Assembly (NCBI GenBank): GCA_963663165.1
Contig: OY760175.1
Span: forward strand, 6,464,001 to 6,528,000
DNA: 64,000 bases
Reading direction: 5' to 3'
From: an uncultured Desulfospira sp.
GTDB taxonomy: Bacteria; Desulfobacterota; Desulfobacteria; Desulfobacterales; Desulfobacteraceae
Position 1 is the first letter of the stretch; each line of letters starts with the position of its first letter. The position numbers and the translations under genes are program-made. Under the pieces are notes generated by a model. The model made no database searches. It was not told the origin of the DNA and saw only the letters and a program-made list of their open reading frames with translations. This document shows, one piece after another, positions 9,208 to 17,952 of this stretch.

Positions 9208-11127
9208 ATGAAATTTTCTAATCCTGACATACTATTCTGGCTGTGGGCCCTGGTGCCGGTGGCAGGCTTTCTGATCTACGGGATCAGGAGGCGGGAAAAA
9301 ATTCTGGCCAACTGGGCGGACCGGTCCATGATCAAAATCCTGGTGCCCGGGTATACGGTTAACCGGTATTGGGTCAAGGCGGTTTTGATTATCCTGGCCC
9401 TGGGGTTTGCCGTTTTTGCCCTGGCAGGGCCTAGGATGGGGTTTCACTGGGAAAAAACCACCCAGAAAGGGGTGGATATCATGATTGCCCTGGACTGTTC
9501 CCGGAGCATGCTGGCCCAGGATATCAAGCCCACCCGCCTGGAACGGGCCAAGCGGGAGATCATTGACCTGTTGCGGCTGATGCACTCGGACCGGGCAGGC
9601 CTGGTGGCCTTTGCCGGCCAGGCCATTCTCCAGTGCCCATTGACATTGGACCATGAGGCGTTTCATATCTTTTTGCGGGTTCTGGAGCCGGATTACCTGC
9701 CCGTGGGGGGCACCAACCTTCCGGCCGCCATTGAGGCCTGTTATTCGGGGTTTGAGGAAGAATCCACCACGGATAAGGCCATTATCCTGATCACGGACGG
9801 GGAAAATACGGCCGGCCCCGTGGATGAAGTGGTTGAACAGATGGCCAAACAGGGGGTCCGGATTTTCTGCATCGGGGTAGGGGCCAAAGAAGGCGCACCC
9901 GTGCCGGACCCCAACGGCGGGTTTAAAAAGGATGATGCCGGAAACATTATCCTGTCAAAGGTGGATGAAGCCGCTTTGGAAAAGATTGCTGCCCAGACCC
10001 GGGGCCGGTACGTCAGATCCGTGGCCGGGGACATGGACCTGGATTTGATTTATTCAAAAGATATGCTTAAAACCATGGAAAGAAAAAGCCTGGACCAGGG
10101 AAGAAAAAAGGTATGGGAACAGCGGTTCCAGTGGTTTTTGTTTCCCTGTGTGTTCTTATTGATTCTGGAGTTTTGGCTTGGCCCTGTGGACAGAAAGCGT
10201 AAAAACGGGAAATCCGTGCTGCCGGTATTGGCGGCCCTTGTCCTGGCATTGGGGGCTTTTTCGGGCAGGGCCCAGGCGGCCTCGCCGGTCCAGGAAGGGA
10301 TAAAGGCCTATGAAACCGGGGATTTTGCCAAGGCCCAGAAGAACTTTATTGATGCCCAGCTGAAAAATCCCGATGACCCCAGGCTGTATTACAACATTGG
10401 TACCGCCGCCTATATGAACCAGGAGTATGAACAGGCTGAAAAGAATTTTACCCAGGCGGCCGGGTCCACAGATCCGGAGCTTTCCCATAAGGCCCGGTTC
10501 AACCTGGCCAATACCCGGTTTAGAATGGGAAAACTCGACCAGGCCGCCCAAGGGTATGAAAAGATTTTAGAGTCTTTCCCTGAGGATCAGGAGGCCAAAG
10601 AAAATCTTGATTTTGTAAAGCAGAAGATTGAGGAGCAAAAACAGCAGCAGAATCAGTCCTGTGATAACCCCAACAAAGATAACCAGGACGATAAAAAGGA
10701 CCAGGATCAAAATCAAGATTCGCAAAATAAGGATCAGCAGGACCCGGACAAACAAAAACAGGATCAGCAGAACCAGGACCAGCAAAAACAAGATCAGGGT
10801 GGTGAGGACCAATCCGGTAAGAAAGGCCGGAACAAGGAAAATAACAGCCAGACCGGCCAGGATCAGCAGAAAAAAGAACAACCCCAGGGACAGCCTGAAC
10901 CGTCACCGCCTGAACCCAGACAAGATGAAAGCAGCGCTGCCGCCGGTGCCAAAGAAGACCAGAAACCAGGCGAACCGGATCAGCAGCAGGCAAAGACCGC
11001 TGCCGCCCAGGCCGATCCTTCGGACAAAACCCTGGAAAATAAGCTGAACCGGCTTGAGGATAAGCCCGGCATGGCGCTGATGCCCATGGTTCAGCAGGGG
11101 ACCGGACGGGTTAAAAAAGACTGGTAA
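9208..11127 (+). CDS. BatB-BatC fusion (vWA + TPR + Gln/Asp-rich tail)
   Basis: vWA DCSRSM/LITDGE, TPR repeats (YNIGTAAY, FNLANTRF), Q/D/K-rich linker, C-terminal KDW. Confidence 0.85.
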   Translation: MKFSNPDILFWLWALVPVAGFLIYGIRRREKILANWADRSMIKILVPGYTVNRYWVKAVLIILALGFAVFALAGPRMGFHWEKTTQKGVDIMIALDCSRSMLAQDIKPTRLERAKREIIDLLRLMHSDRAGLVAFAGQAILQCPLTLDHEAFHIFLRVLEPDYLPVGGTNLPAAIEACYSGFEEESTTDKAIILITDGENTAGPVDEVVEQMAKQGVRIFCIGVGAKEGAPVPDPNGGFKKDDAGNIILSKVDEAALEKIAAQTRGRYVRSVAGDMDLDLIYSKDMLKTMERKSLDQGRKKVWEQRFQWFLFPCVFLLILEFWLGPVDRKRKNGKSVLPVLAALVLALGAFSGRAQAASPVQEGIKAYETGDFAKAQKNFIDAQLKNPDDPRLYYNIGTAAYMNQEYEQAEKNFTQAAGSTDPELSHKARFNLANTRFRMGKLDQAAQGYEKILESFPEDQEAKENLDFVKQKIEEQKQQQNQSCDNPNKDNQDDKKDQDQNQDSQNKDQQDPDKQKQDQQNQDQQKQDQGGEDQSGKKGRNKENNSQTGQDQQKKEQPQGQPEPSPPEPRQDESSAAAGAKEDQKPGEPDQQQAKTAAAQADPSDKTLENKLNRLEDKPGMALMPMVQQGTGRVKKDW

Positions 11128-11130
11128 AGA

Positions 11131-11170
11131 AAGGAGACCGGAGACCGGAAACGGGAGACCGGAAATGAGA
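11131..11170 (+). repeat. GGAGACC heptamer array
   Basis: aggagaccggagaccggaaacgggagaccggaaatgag right after stop codon. Confidence 0.65.
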
Positions 11171-11211
11171 TCCTGGGATTTTTTCAGGGGTCGGGGATTG
11201 ATACATATCAT

Positions 11212-13722
11212 ATGAAACCAACGAGATATTTTTTTATTGTTTTGTGGGTGATCCTGGTGCTTCCGGCGGCGGGGCTGGCAGATTCCGAGTTCCAGGCCTC
11301 GGCCAGGGTGGATAAGACCCGGATGACCCTTGAGGATACCCTTACCCTTCAGATCGTTTCCCAGGGGGGCAAAGCCGATGTGGACCTGTCTGCCATAACG
11401 GATTTCAAGGTGGTCTCTTCGGGCACCTCCACCAGCATGAGTTATACCAACGGGGTCAGCGAGTACAAGGTGACCTACCAGTACAGCCTGATCCCCCTTA
11501 AAAAAGGGGACCTGGTGGTCCCCGGGCTTAATGTCTCCCACAAGGGCAAGACCGTTAAAACGGACAGCATCCGGGTCAAGGTCATGGACACCCCTGCCCC
11601 TGAAACCGGGGATGCCAAATTTTTTGCCAAGGCCCAGGTCAGCCGTCCTGACCCGGTCAGAGGAGAGCAGATCCTGTATACTTTTCAGCTGTTTCAGGCA
11701 GAACGGTTTTCCCGGGCCAGCCTGGAGACACCGGAGTTTGAAGGGTTCTCCGTAACTGAAATCAAGGACCGGAAAAATTATGAGCGGGTGATCAACGGCA
11801 GGGCCTATGCGGTTACTGAGATTCGATACCTGCTGACCCCGGAACAGCAAGGGGCGATCACCATCGGCCCCGGCGTGGTCACGGCCCAAGTGGTGGTCAA
11901 GTCCGGCAGAGACCCCTTTGATTCCATGTTCAATGACCGGTTTTTCAACCGTTCCTTTTTTTCCACAGGCCAGACCAAGACCCTGCGCATTGCCTCCAAT
12001 CCCGTCACGGTTACGGTAAGGGCCCTGCCGGCCTACACGGGAACAGGAACCTTTTCCGGGCTGGTGGGCCGGTTCACCTTAGATGCCGGCCTTGACAAAC
12101 AGCACCTGGCCAAAGGCGAGTCCGCCACCCTCACCGTCACCATCCAGGGGACCGGCAATATCATGGATGCCGGTTTCCCGGAATTTGACCTGGACGGCAC
12201 CCTGTTCAAGGTCTATGAAGACGCCCCGGTGGAAGAGATCGCCCCGGGGGAGCAGGGCATGACGGGGAAAAAGGTCTTTAAGCGGGCACTGGTTCCCTTA
12301 AAGGCCGGCCCAATGAAGATTCCCTCCCTTTCCCTGGTCTATTTTGATGTGGACCAGAACCAGTATAAAGAACTTGGCTCCACCCCCCTGGCACTTGAGG
12401 TGGAAAAGGGCCAGGAGCAACCGGTGGTTTCTTCTCAAGCACATGAGGCAGCACAACAGCCCGCTGTCCGGAAAAAAGATGTGGTCCTGGTGAACAAGGA
12501 TATTCTGGACATCCGCGAGGACTTGTCGGCCCTGTCCCATCAGGGCCGCCTGGGCTTTGCCTGGTTTCTGGTCCTGGTGGCGGCCCCGGGCCTGGCATTT
12601 TCCACGGCCCTTCTGGTGTTCCGGGTGATGAAGCGGGAAAAGTCCGTATCGGCCCTGATGGCGCAAAAGGCCAGAGCCCATCTTAAAGCGGCGTCAAAGG
12701 GGGGGGGGACAAACCAAGAGGCCCTGGGCCAGGTTCATTCCGCCCTGATCGCCGCCGTATTGTCCAGGGCCGGCAAAAAAGGGGAAAGCATTACCCTGGC
12801 CGAAGCCGAACAGATACTGGCACAGACCGGGGCCTCCCCGGAAATGGTAGAAGAGGTAAGGCAAATGTTTGAAACCCTTGAAGGGGCCAGATTTGGCGGG
12901 CACCCCATTGACGGGGCACACCTGCTTAAGTTGCTTTCCGGGATCAGAAAAATCATCCAGCTGTCCCTTGTTTTTGCCGTGGTGCTGACCAGTCTTTATC
13001 CGGCCGGTGTCCGGGCCCAGGAGGGAACACCGACAGATCAAACCAGTTTAGGCCATCGGTTCATGGACGGGATCACGGCCTACAAACAAGGCGATTATGA
13101 TACCGCGGCAACCGATTTTGAGGCCATTGCCGCATCCGGTGTTGTCAATGCCGACCTGTATTACAATCTCGGGAACGCCTACCTTAAGGCCGGAGACCTT
13201 GGAAGGGCCGTGCTATGGTATGAACGGGCCGGAAAATTGTCTCCCGGTGACCCGGATATTGCTTTTAATCTGGGCCATGCCCAAAGCCTGGTGGCCGATA
13301 AAATCGAGTCCTCCTTTTCCCTTGGCGATGTGCTGTTCTTCTGGCAGGGGGTGATCCCGTTAAAGTGGATTCAGGCCGGGGCAGTGGCCGGGTCCTGTCT
13401 GTTCTTTTTGTGGGCCGGGGTCCGAAGGTTCCGGGGCAGAAAAATTCTTTCCGGCCGCGGGCTGCTGCTCATTTTTATCCCTATTTTCTTGACAATGGCG
13501 GCCGGGCTTGAGTATTACTCTGACAACCTGGTTTTTCACGCGGTTGTTGTTCAGGACGTGGCCCCGGTCCGATCGGGCACCACCCCCTCTTCCACACGAT
13601 TGTTTGACCTTCATGCCGGGACCAAAGTCCGGGTTGAGGAGCGCAGACAAGGCTACCTGAAAATCATGTTGACCAAAGAAAAAGTCGGCTGGATAAAATC
13701 AGGAGATGCAATCGTCATTTGA
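11212..13722 (+). CDS. BatD-BatE fusion (BatD beta domains + TM + TPR + SH3-like)
   Basis: Signal peptide, BatD motifs (GLVGRF, GTGNI, YFD), TPR YYNLGNAY...A-LWYERA, C-terminal LHAGTKV..GWI. Confidence 0.82.
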   Translation: MKPTRYFFIVLWVILVLPAAGLADSEFQASARVDKTRMTLEDTLTLQIVSQGGKADVDLSAITDFKVVSSGTSTSMSYTNGVSEYKVTYQYSLIPLKKGDLVVPGLNVSHKGKTVKTDSIRVKVMDTPAPETGDAKFFAKAQVSRPDPVRGEQILYTFQLFQAERFSRASLETPEFEGFSVTEIKDRKNYERVINGRAYAVTEIRYLLTPEQQGAITIGPGVVTAQVVVKSGRDPFDSMFNDRFFNRSFFSTGQTKTLRIASNPVTVTVRALPAYTGTGTFSGLVGRFTLDAGLDKQHLAKGESATLTVTIQGTGNIMDAGFPEFDLDGTLFKVYEDAPVEEIAPGEQGMTGKKVFKRALVPLKAGPMKIPSLSLVYFDVDQNQYKELGSTPLALEVEKGQEQPVVSSQAHEAAQQPAVRKKDVVLVNKDILDIREDLSALSHQGRLGFAWFLVLVAAPGLAFSTALLVFRVMKREKSVSALMAQKARAHLKAASKGGGTNQEALGQVHSALIAAVLSRAGKKGESITLAEAEQILAQTGASPEMVEEVRQMFETLEGARFGGHPIDGAHLLKLLSGIRKIIQLSLVFAVVLTSLYPAGVRAQEGTPTDQTSLGHRFMDGITAYKQGDYDTAATDFEAIAASGVVNADLYYNLGNAYLKAGDLGRAVLWYERAGKLSPGDPDIAFNLGHAQSLVADKIESSFSLGDVLFFWQGVIPLKWIQAGAVAGSCLFFLWAGVRRFRGRKILSGRGLLLIFIPIFLTMAAGLEYYSDNLVFHAVVVQDVAPVRSGTTPSSTRLFDLHAGTKVRVEERRQGYLKIMLTKEKVGWIKSGDAIVI

Positions 13723-13806
13723 AGCTGTTAGCTATTAGCCTTTAGCGGTTAGCTTAAGGGAAATGGCCAACAGCTAACTGCTAATAGCTAACAGCTAATA
13801 GCTAAA
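13723..13806. repeat. GCTAACA-type heptamer inverted array (hairpin)
   Basis: agctgttagctattagcctttagcggttagct pairs with agctaactgctaatagctaacagct. Confidence 0.8.
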
Positions 13807-13819
13807 AAAGGAGGACGTT

Positions 13820-14368
13820 ATGGGAAAAAGCGTGTTGGTACCGGTGGCACAGGGGATTGAAGAAATGGAGGCCATCACCATTATTGATGTGTTGAGACGG
13901 GCCGGGGTGCTGGTGACGGTGGCCTCGGTGGACAGCCTTGAGATCAAGGCCTCAAAGGGGATCACCTTTATGGCCGATGCCCTGATCAAAGACTGCATGG
14001 ACAAAGAATACGATCTGATTGTGCTTCCCGGGGGGATCCCCGGGGCCATGAACCTTAAGGAATCTGAGGACCTGGCCACCCTGCTGAAACGGCAGGCGGA
14101 AAATCAAAAATACTATGGCGCCATTTGCGCCTCACCGGCCGTGGTCCTCCATCATCACGGCCTGGTCCGTCCCGGACAGGTAACCTGCCATCCCGGGTTT
14201 GCGGGAGAAATTGATAACGGCAATGTCCAGGACAAGAAAGTGGTGAAGGACGGCAAGTGTATTACCAGCAGGGGGGGCGGGACAGCCCTGGATTTTGCCC
14301 TGGAGCTGGTTTCCCTGCTTTGTTCGCCCGAGGAGCTGGAAGGTGTTAAGAAAGGCCTGGCCCTTTAG
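13820..14368 (+). CDS. DJ-1/PfpI family protein (YajL/ThiJ-like)
   Basis: GIEEMEA, DVLRRAG, LPGG-PGA, AICASPA, TSRG-GTA. Confidence 0.92.
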   Translation: MGKSVLVPVAQGIEEMEAITIIDVLRRAGVLVTVASVDSLEIKASKGITFMADALIKDCMDKEYDLIVLPGGIPGAMNLKESEDLATLLKRQAENQKYYGAICASPAVVLHHHGLVRPGQVTCHPGFAGEIDNGNVQDKKVVKDGKCITSRGGGTALDFALELVSLLCSPEELEGVKKGLAL

Positions 14369-14438
14369 CAAACCGTCCAAGCATGGGGCTTTTGGGTTAA
14401 GTAATGAATAACAAATTAAACAGTACGGGATATATATA

Positions 14439-15461
14439 ATGACGGAACAAACTAAAATCGGGGTTGTGGGGGCCGGTTCCTGGGGAACGGCTCTGGCCAA
14501 ACTGTTGGCGGATAAAGGATTTTCACTGGATTTGTGGGTGTTTGAACCTGAAATCAGGGAGCAGATCGAACAGTCCAGGGAAAATAAGATATTTCTCCCC
14601 GGTTTTAAACTGTCTGACAATATTCATCCCTCCAATGACCTTAAAACAGTGGTCCGGGACAAAGACCTGCTGCTGTTGGTGGTCCCTTCCCATTTTATGC
14701 GGCAGGTGTCCGAAAAGATCCGCGAGTTCATCAAGCCGGATACAGTTCTGGTCAGCGCTTCCAAGGGAATTGAAAACGAAACCTACCTGACCATGACCCA
14801 GATCCTTGAACAGACCATTCCCGGGCTGCCCAAGGGGCATTATGCCGTTCTTTCCGGACCCAGCTTTGCCAAGGAGGTGGCCGCCGGTGTGCCCACGGTG
14901 GTGGCGGCAGCGTCCCTGGACCGGAAGACCGCCGAGTTCATCCAGACCGTATTTTCATGCCCCAAGTTCAGGGTGTATGTCAACGATGACCCCATCGGAA
15001 CCCAGATCGGCGGGGCCGTGAAAAACGTTCTGGCCATTGCCGCCGGAATATGTGACGGGGTGGGAATGGGGCTCAATCCCCGGGCCGCCCTGATTACCCG
15101 GGGGTTAGGGGAAATGAACCGACTCGGCACCCGGATGGGCGCCAATCCCCTGACCCTTCTCGGCCTTGCCGGGGTCGGTGACCTGATGCTGACCGCCACC
15201 GGGAATTTAAGCCGAAATTACACCCTGGGCATACAGATCGGCCAGGGCAAAAAGCTTGATGACATTATTTCAGAAACCCGGATGGTGGCCGAAGGGGTCA
15301 AAACCACCCGTTCGGTTTACAACCTGGCCAGAAAGCTGTCCGTGGACCTGCCCATCTGCAACGAGGTTTACCGGGCATTGTTTGAAGGCCTGTCCGTGGA
15401 CGAGACCGTTGACCGGCTCATGAACCGCTCCCTTAAGCATGAGCTAGACGGGGTGGTTTAG
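14439..15461 (+). CDS. gpsA: NAD(P)H-dependent glycerol-3-phosphate dehydrogenase
   Basis: GAGSWGTALA, SKGIE, LSGPSFA, GAVKNVLAIAAG, GLAGVGDL, SRNY, AEGV. Confidence 0.96.
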   Translation: MTEQTKIGVVGAGSWGTALAKLLADKGFSLDLWVFEPEIREQIEQSRENKIFLPGFKLSDNIHPSNDLKTVVRDKDLLLLVVPSHFMRQVSEKIREFIKPDTVLVSASKGIENETYLTMTQILEQTIPGLPKGHYAVLSGPSFAKEVAAGVPTVVAAASLDRKTAEFIQTVFSCPKFRVYVNDDPIGTQIGGAVKNVLAIAAGICDGVGMGLNPRAALITRGLGEMNRLGTRMGANPLTLLGLAGVGDLMLTATGNLSRNYTLGIQIGQGKKLDDIISETRMVAEGVKTTRSVYNLARKLSVDLPICNEVYRALFEGLSVDETVDRLMNRSLKHELDGVV

Positions 15462-15541
15462 CAAGAAACTGGAGACTGGAAGACCGGAAGACAAATTCGA
15501 ACAAGAGCAACATTGGGCGCAAAAGACAGAAAGACAGCCCG

Positions 15542-15591
15542 GTAGGAGCGGGCCATGCCCGCGAATCGTGGGTATGGCCCGCTCCTTCTAC
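15542..15591. repeat. GTAG-family REP doublet (REPIN-like)
   Basis: GTAGGAGCGGGCCATGCCCGCGA followed by inverted copy TCGTGGGTATGGCCCGCTCCT(TC)TAC. Confidence 0.7.
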
Positions 15592-15693
15592 CGGGTAACG
15601 CGACGGATCGCCACCCCCGGTTTTCTGTGTTTAGTTTTAAAAACAATTCGTTATATGGTGTGAAAATTTTTTCCTGAAAAGCGTTTAAATTCT

Positions 15694-15724
15694 GTTTTAA
15701 TCAAAATTTAACATAATTCTCATT
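15694..15724 (+). promoter_or_regulatory. Direct repeat TTTAATCA-N3-TTTAACAT (Pho-box-like), 11-bp period
   Basis: gttttaatcaaaatttaacat; same motif at 20793, 23381 and 63092. Confidence 0.4.
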
Positions 15725-15802
15725 ATTCCATGCCTATGATCATCCCCTTGATGTGCAATAACAAAAGTGGATACTGATCAGGTTATTGCCTGTCCGAAAC
15801 CC

Positions 15803-15927
15803 GTGTTTGGACGAAAAGTTGGCCAGATGCAAGGCGCACAAAAAATGGCAACCGGAGCAACCTTCTGGTTGTGAGGATTGCCATTTTTTGTGCAACGCAG
15901 CAGATGGGTGACTTTTCGTTCAAACAC
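15803..15927. repeat. 125-bp long palindromic element (MITE/REP-like)
   Basis: Outer arms GTGTTTGGACGAAAAGT / ACTTTTCGTTCAAACAC, perfect 16-bp inner arms GCACAAAAAATGGCAA / TTGCCATTTTTTGTGC, apical CAACC-ttct-GGTTG. Confidence 0.75.
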
Positions 15928-15945
15928 AAACCAAAAAGGCCTGTT

Positions 15946-17760
15946 ATGAGTGAGATAATCGACCCCCAGCTGCTGGGAAGGCTGTCGGAACTGGATTTTG
16001 CCTTCCAGCCTATTGTCAATATATACACGGGAAACACCTTTGGCTTTGAAGCATTGCTCAGGCGATATGAGGAAGCCGGCTTCTCCTCCATCCAGGAGGT
16101 CTTTGACCATGCCTACCACAGGGGGATTCTCCATCAGGTGGATATCCTGCTCCGGCAAAAGGCATTTCTTAAATTTTCACGGTTTAACAGCGGCAAGAGT
16201 ATTAAGCTGTTCTATAACCTGGACAACCGGCTGTTTGACTCAAAGGATTATTCGTTAAACAATTCCGGTTCTCTGGACATGGAGACCTTTGGTCTTTCCA
16301 GAGACGAGATCTGTTTTGAAATTTCTGAGAAACACCGGTTCAACTATGACCCGGAAGTTGAAAAGCTGTTGGGTTTTTACCGGTCCCAGGGATATAAAAT
16401 TGCCGTGGACGATTGCGGGACGGGGTTTTCCGGGCTTCAGCTGCTGTATTATGCCGAACCGGATTACATCAAAATCGACCGGTTTTTCATCCAGAACATG
16501 GAAAACGACCCCAAAAAACGGCTGGTGGTATCCACCCTGGTCAACTTTGCCCGGTTCATGGGAAGCCTGGTCCTGGCCGAGGGGGTAGAGACCCGGGACG
16601 AGTATTCGCTGTGCAAGAAAATCGGGTGTGATATGATCCAGGGCTTTTTTATCCAGCGCCCCACCGTTGACACGGATCAGCTCAAAACCCGTTATGAAGC
16701 CATTGCAGACCTTTCCAGGGCTGAACGGCGGGAAGGCTTGTCCAAAGACCGGGCCTTGATCGCCAATGAGATCAAATACATTAAACCGGTTTTCTCAGAC
16801 TGTGATGCCATTACCATGTTTGATAAATTCCGAGGGGATGAAACCGCATCCTTTTTCCCGGTAATCACCCGGAGTGAAGAACCGGTCGGCGTCTTAAGGG
16901 ATACGGCCTTTAAAGAGTATATTTTTTCCAAGTTCGGCCGGCAGCTTCTGGAAAACCCTTCATTCGGCAAAGATATCTCCAAATTTATCGCCAAAATCCC
17001 CATTGCCGATATCCATTCCTCCATTGAGAAACTCATTGAAACCTATATCCAGTTCAACAACAGTGAGGGAATGCTCATGGTGGATGACATGAAATACGTC
17101 GGGATCTTAAGCACCAACTCCCTTTTAAAGATCATCAATGAAAAGAACATCACCCAGGCCAGGAACCAGAATCCCTTAACCAAACTGCCCGGCAACACCA
17201 TGATCCACGAATATTTCAGCGAGTGCCTGGCCGACACCGCGGCCACCTATCACCTGGTCTATTTTGATTTTGACAACTTCAAACCCTACAACGACAAATA
17301 CGGGTTCAGAAACGGGGACCGGCTCATTCTCATGTTTGCCGACCTGATCAAAAAGGCCGGTTTTTCAGACAGCCGGTTTGTGGGGCACATCGGCGGGGAT
17401 GATTTTTTCATGGGGATCAAGAGCGGTGTGATGGAAGAAGTGGAAGAAGAGATGAGACAGCTTGCCATGTGCTTTAAGGAAAACGCCCAAAGCTTTTATG
17501 ACGCCCAGACCCTGGAAAACGGCTTTATGGTGGCCAGGGACCGTGACAACGTGGAACGGAAAATGCCCCTGATCACGGTTTCCACGGCCATCCTGGAACT
17601 GCCCCGCAACCAGGGCCGGAACCACAGCATCGAAGATGCCGGCAACTTTATCAGCCAGTTAAAAAAAGAGGCCAAAAAATCAGACACCGGCATTGCCTCC
17701 GCCGCCATCACGGAATTTACCCCCATTGATCATTCCGGCCTGGTGACCGTGCCGCTTTGA
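15946..17760 (+). CDS. EAL + CBS-like + GGDEF c-di-GMP metabolism protein
   Basis: FQPIV, FEALLR, FEISE, AVDDCGTGFS, IKIDR, AEGVE, QGF; NPLTKLPGN, DFDNFKPYNDKYG, GHIGGDDF. Confidence 0.9.
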   Translation: MSEIIDPQLLGRLSELDFAFQPIVNIYTGNTFGFEALLRRYEEAGFSSIQEVFDHAYHRGILHQVDILLRQKAFLKFSRFNSGKSIKLFYNLDNRLFDSKDYSLNNSGSLDMETFGLSRDEICFEISEKHRFNYDPEVEKLLGFYRSQGYKIAVDDCGTGFSGLQLLYYAEPDYIKIDRFFIQNMENDPKKRLVVSTLVNFARFMGSLVLAEGVETRDEYSLCKKIGCDMIQGFFIQRPTVDTDQLKTRYEAIADLSRAERREGLSKDRALIANEIKYIKPVFSDCDAITMFDKFRGDETASFFPVITRSEEPVGVLRDTAFKEYIFSKFGRQLLENPSFGKDISKFIAKIPIADIHSSIEKLIETYIQFNNSEGMLMVDDMKYVGILSTNSLLKIINEKNITQARNQNPLTKLPGNTMIHEYFSECLADTAATYHLVYFDFDNFKPYNDKYGFRNGDRLILMFADLIKKAGFSDSRFVGHIGGDDFFMGIKSGVMEEVEEEMRQLAMCFKENAQSFYDAQTLENGFMVARDRDNVERKMPLITVSTAILELPRNQGRNHSIEDAGNFISQLKKEAKKSDTGIASAAITEFTPIDHSGLVTVPL

Positions 17761-17912
17761 TAAGCGGTTTTTGCCAACGCAAATTCAAGTCAGATTCCGG
17801 GAGCCGAAACAGTATCAAATTGATTAACCGGACACCCAGTGCCGATATCCATTCTTCAGCGGGTCCCCAGCGTCAAGCTGTAAAAATTCGTTGACGTAAT
17901 CGTATAAAAATA

Positions 17913-17951
17913 CTATGTCCAAATTAAAATACAACTTTAATTTGGACATAG
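17913..17951. promoter_or_regulatory. Perfect 16-bp inverted repeat (operator-like) abutting ATG
   Basis: CTATGTCCAAATTAAA-N7-TTTAATTTGGACATAG. Confidence 0.6.
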
Positions 17952-17952
17952 C

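Noticed and set aside
10630..11000. CAG/GAC-rich repeats as a DNA repeat element
   Set aside because: They are explained by the Gln/Asp-rich low-complexity linker typical of BatC.
10903..11889. 328-aa minus-strand ORF and the many other long antisense or alternate-frame ORFs (e.g. 47970-48650, 52455-53294)
   Set aside because: They are shadows of well-supported genes on the opposite strand and show no recognisable motifs.
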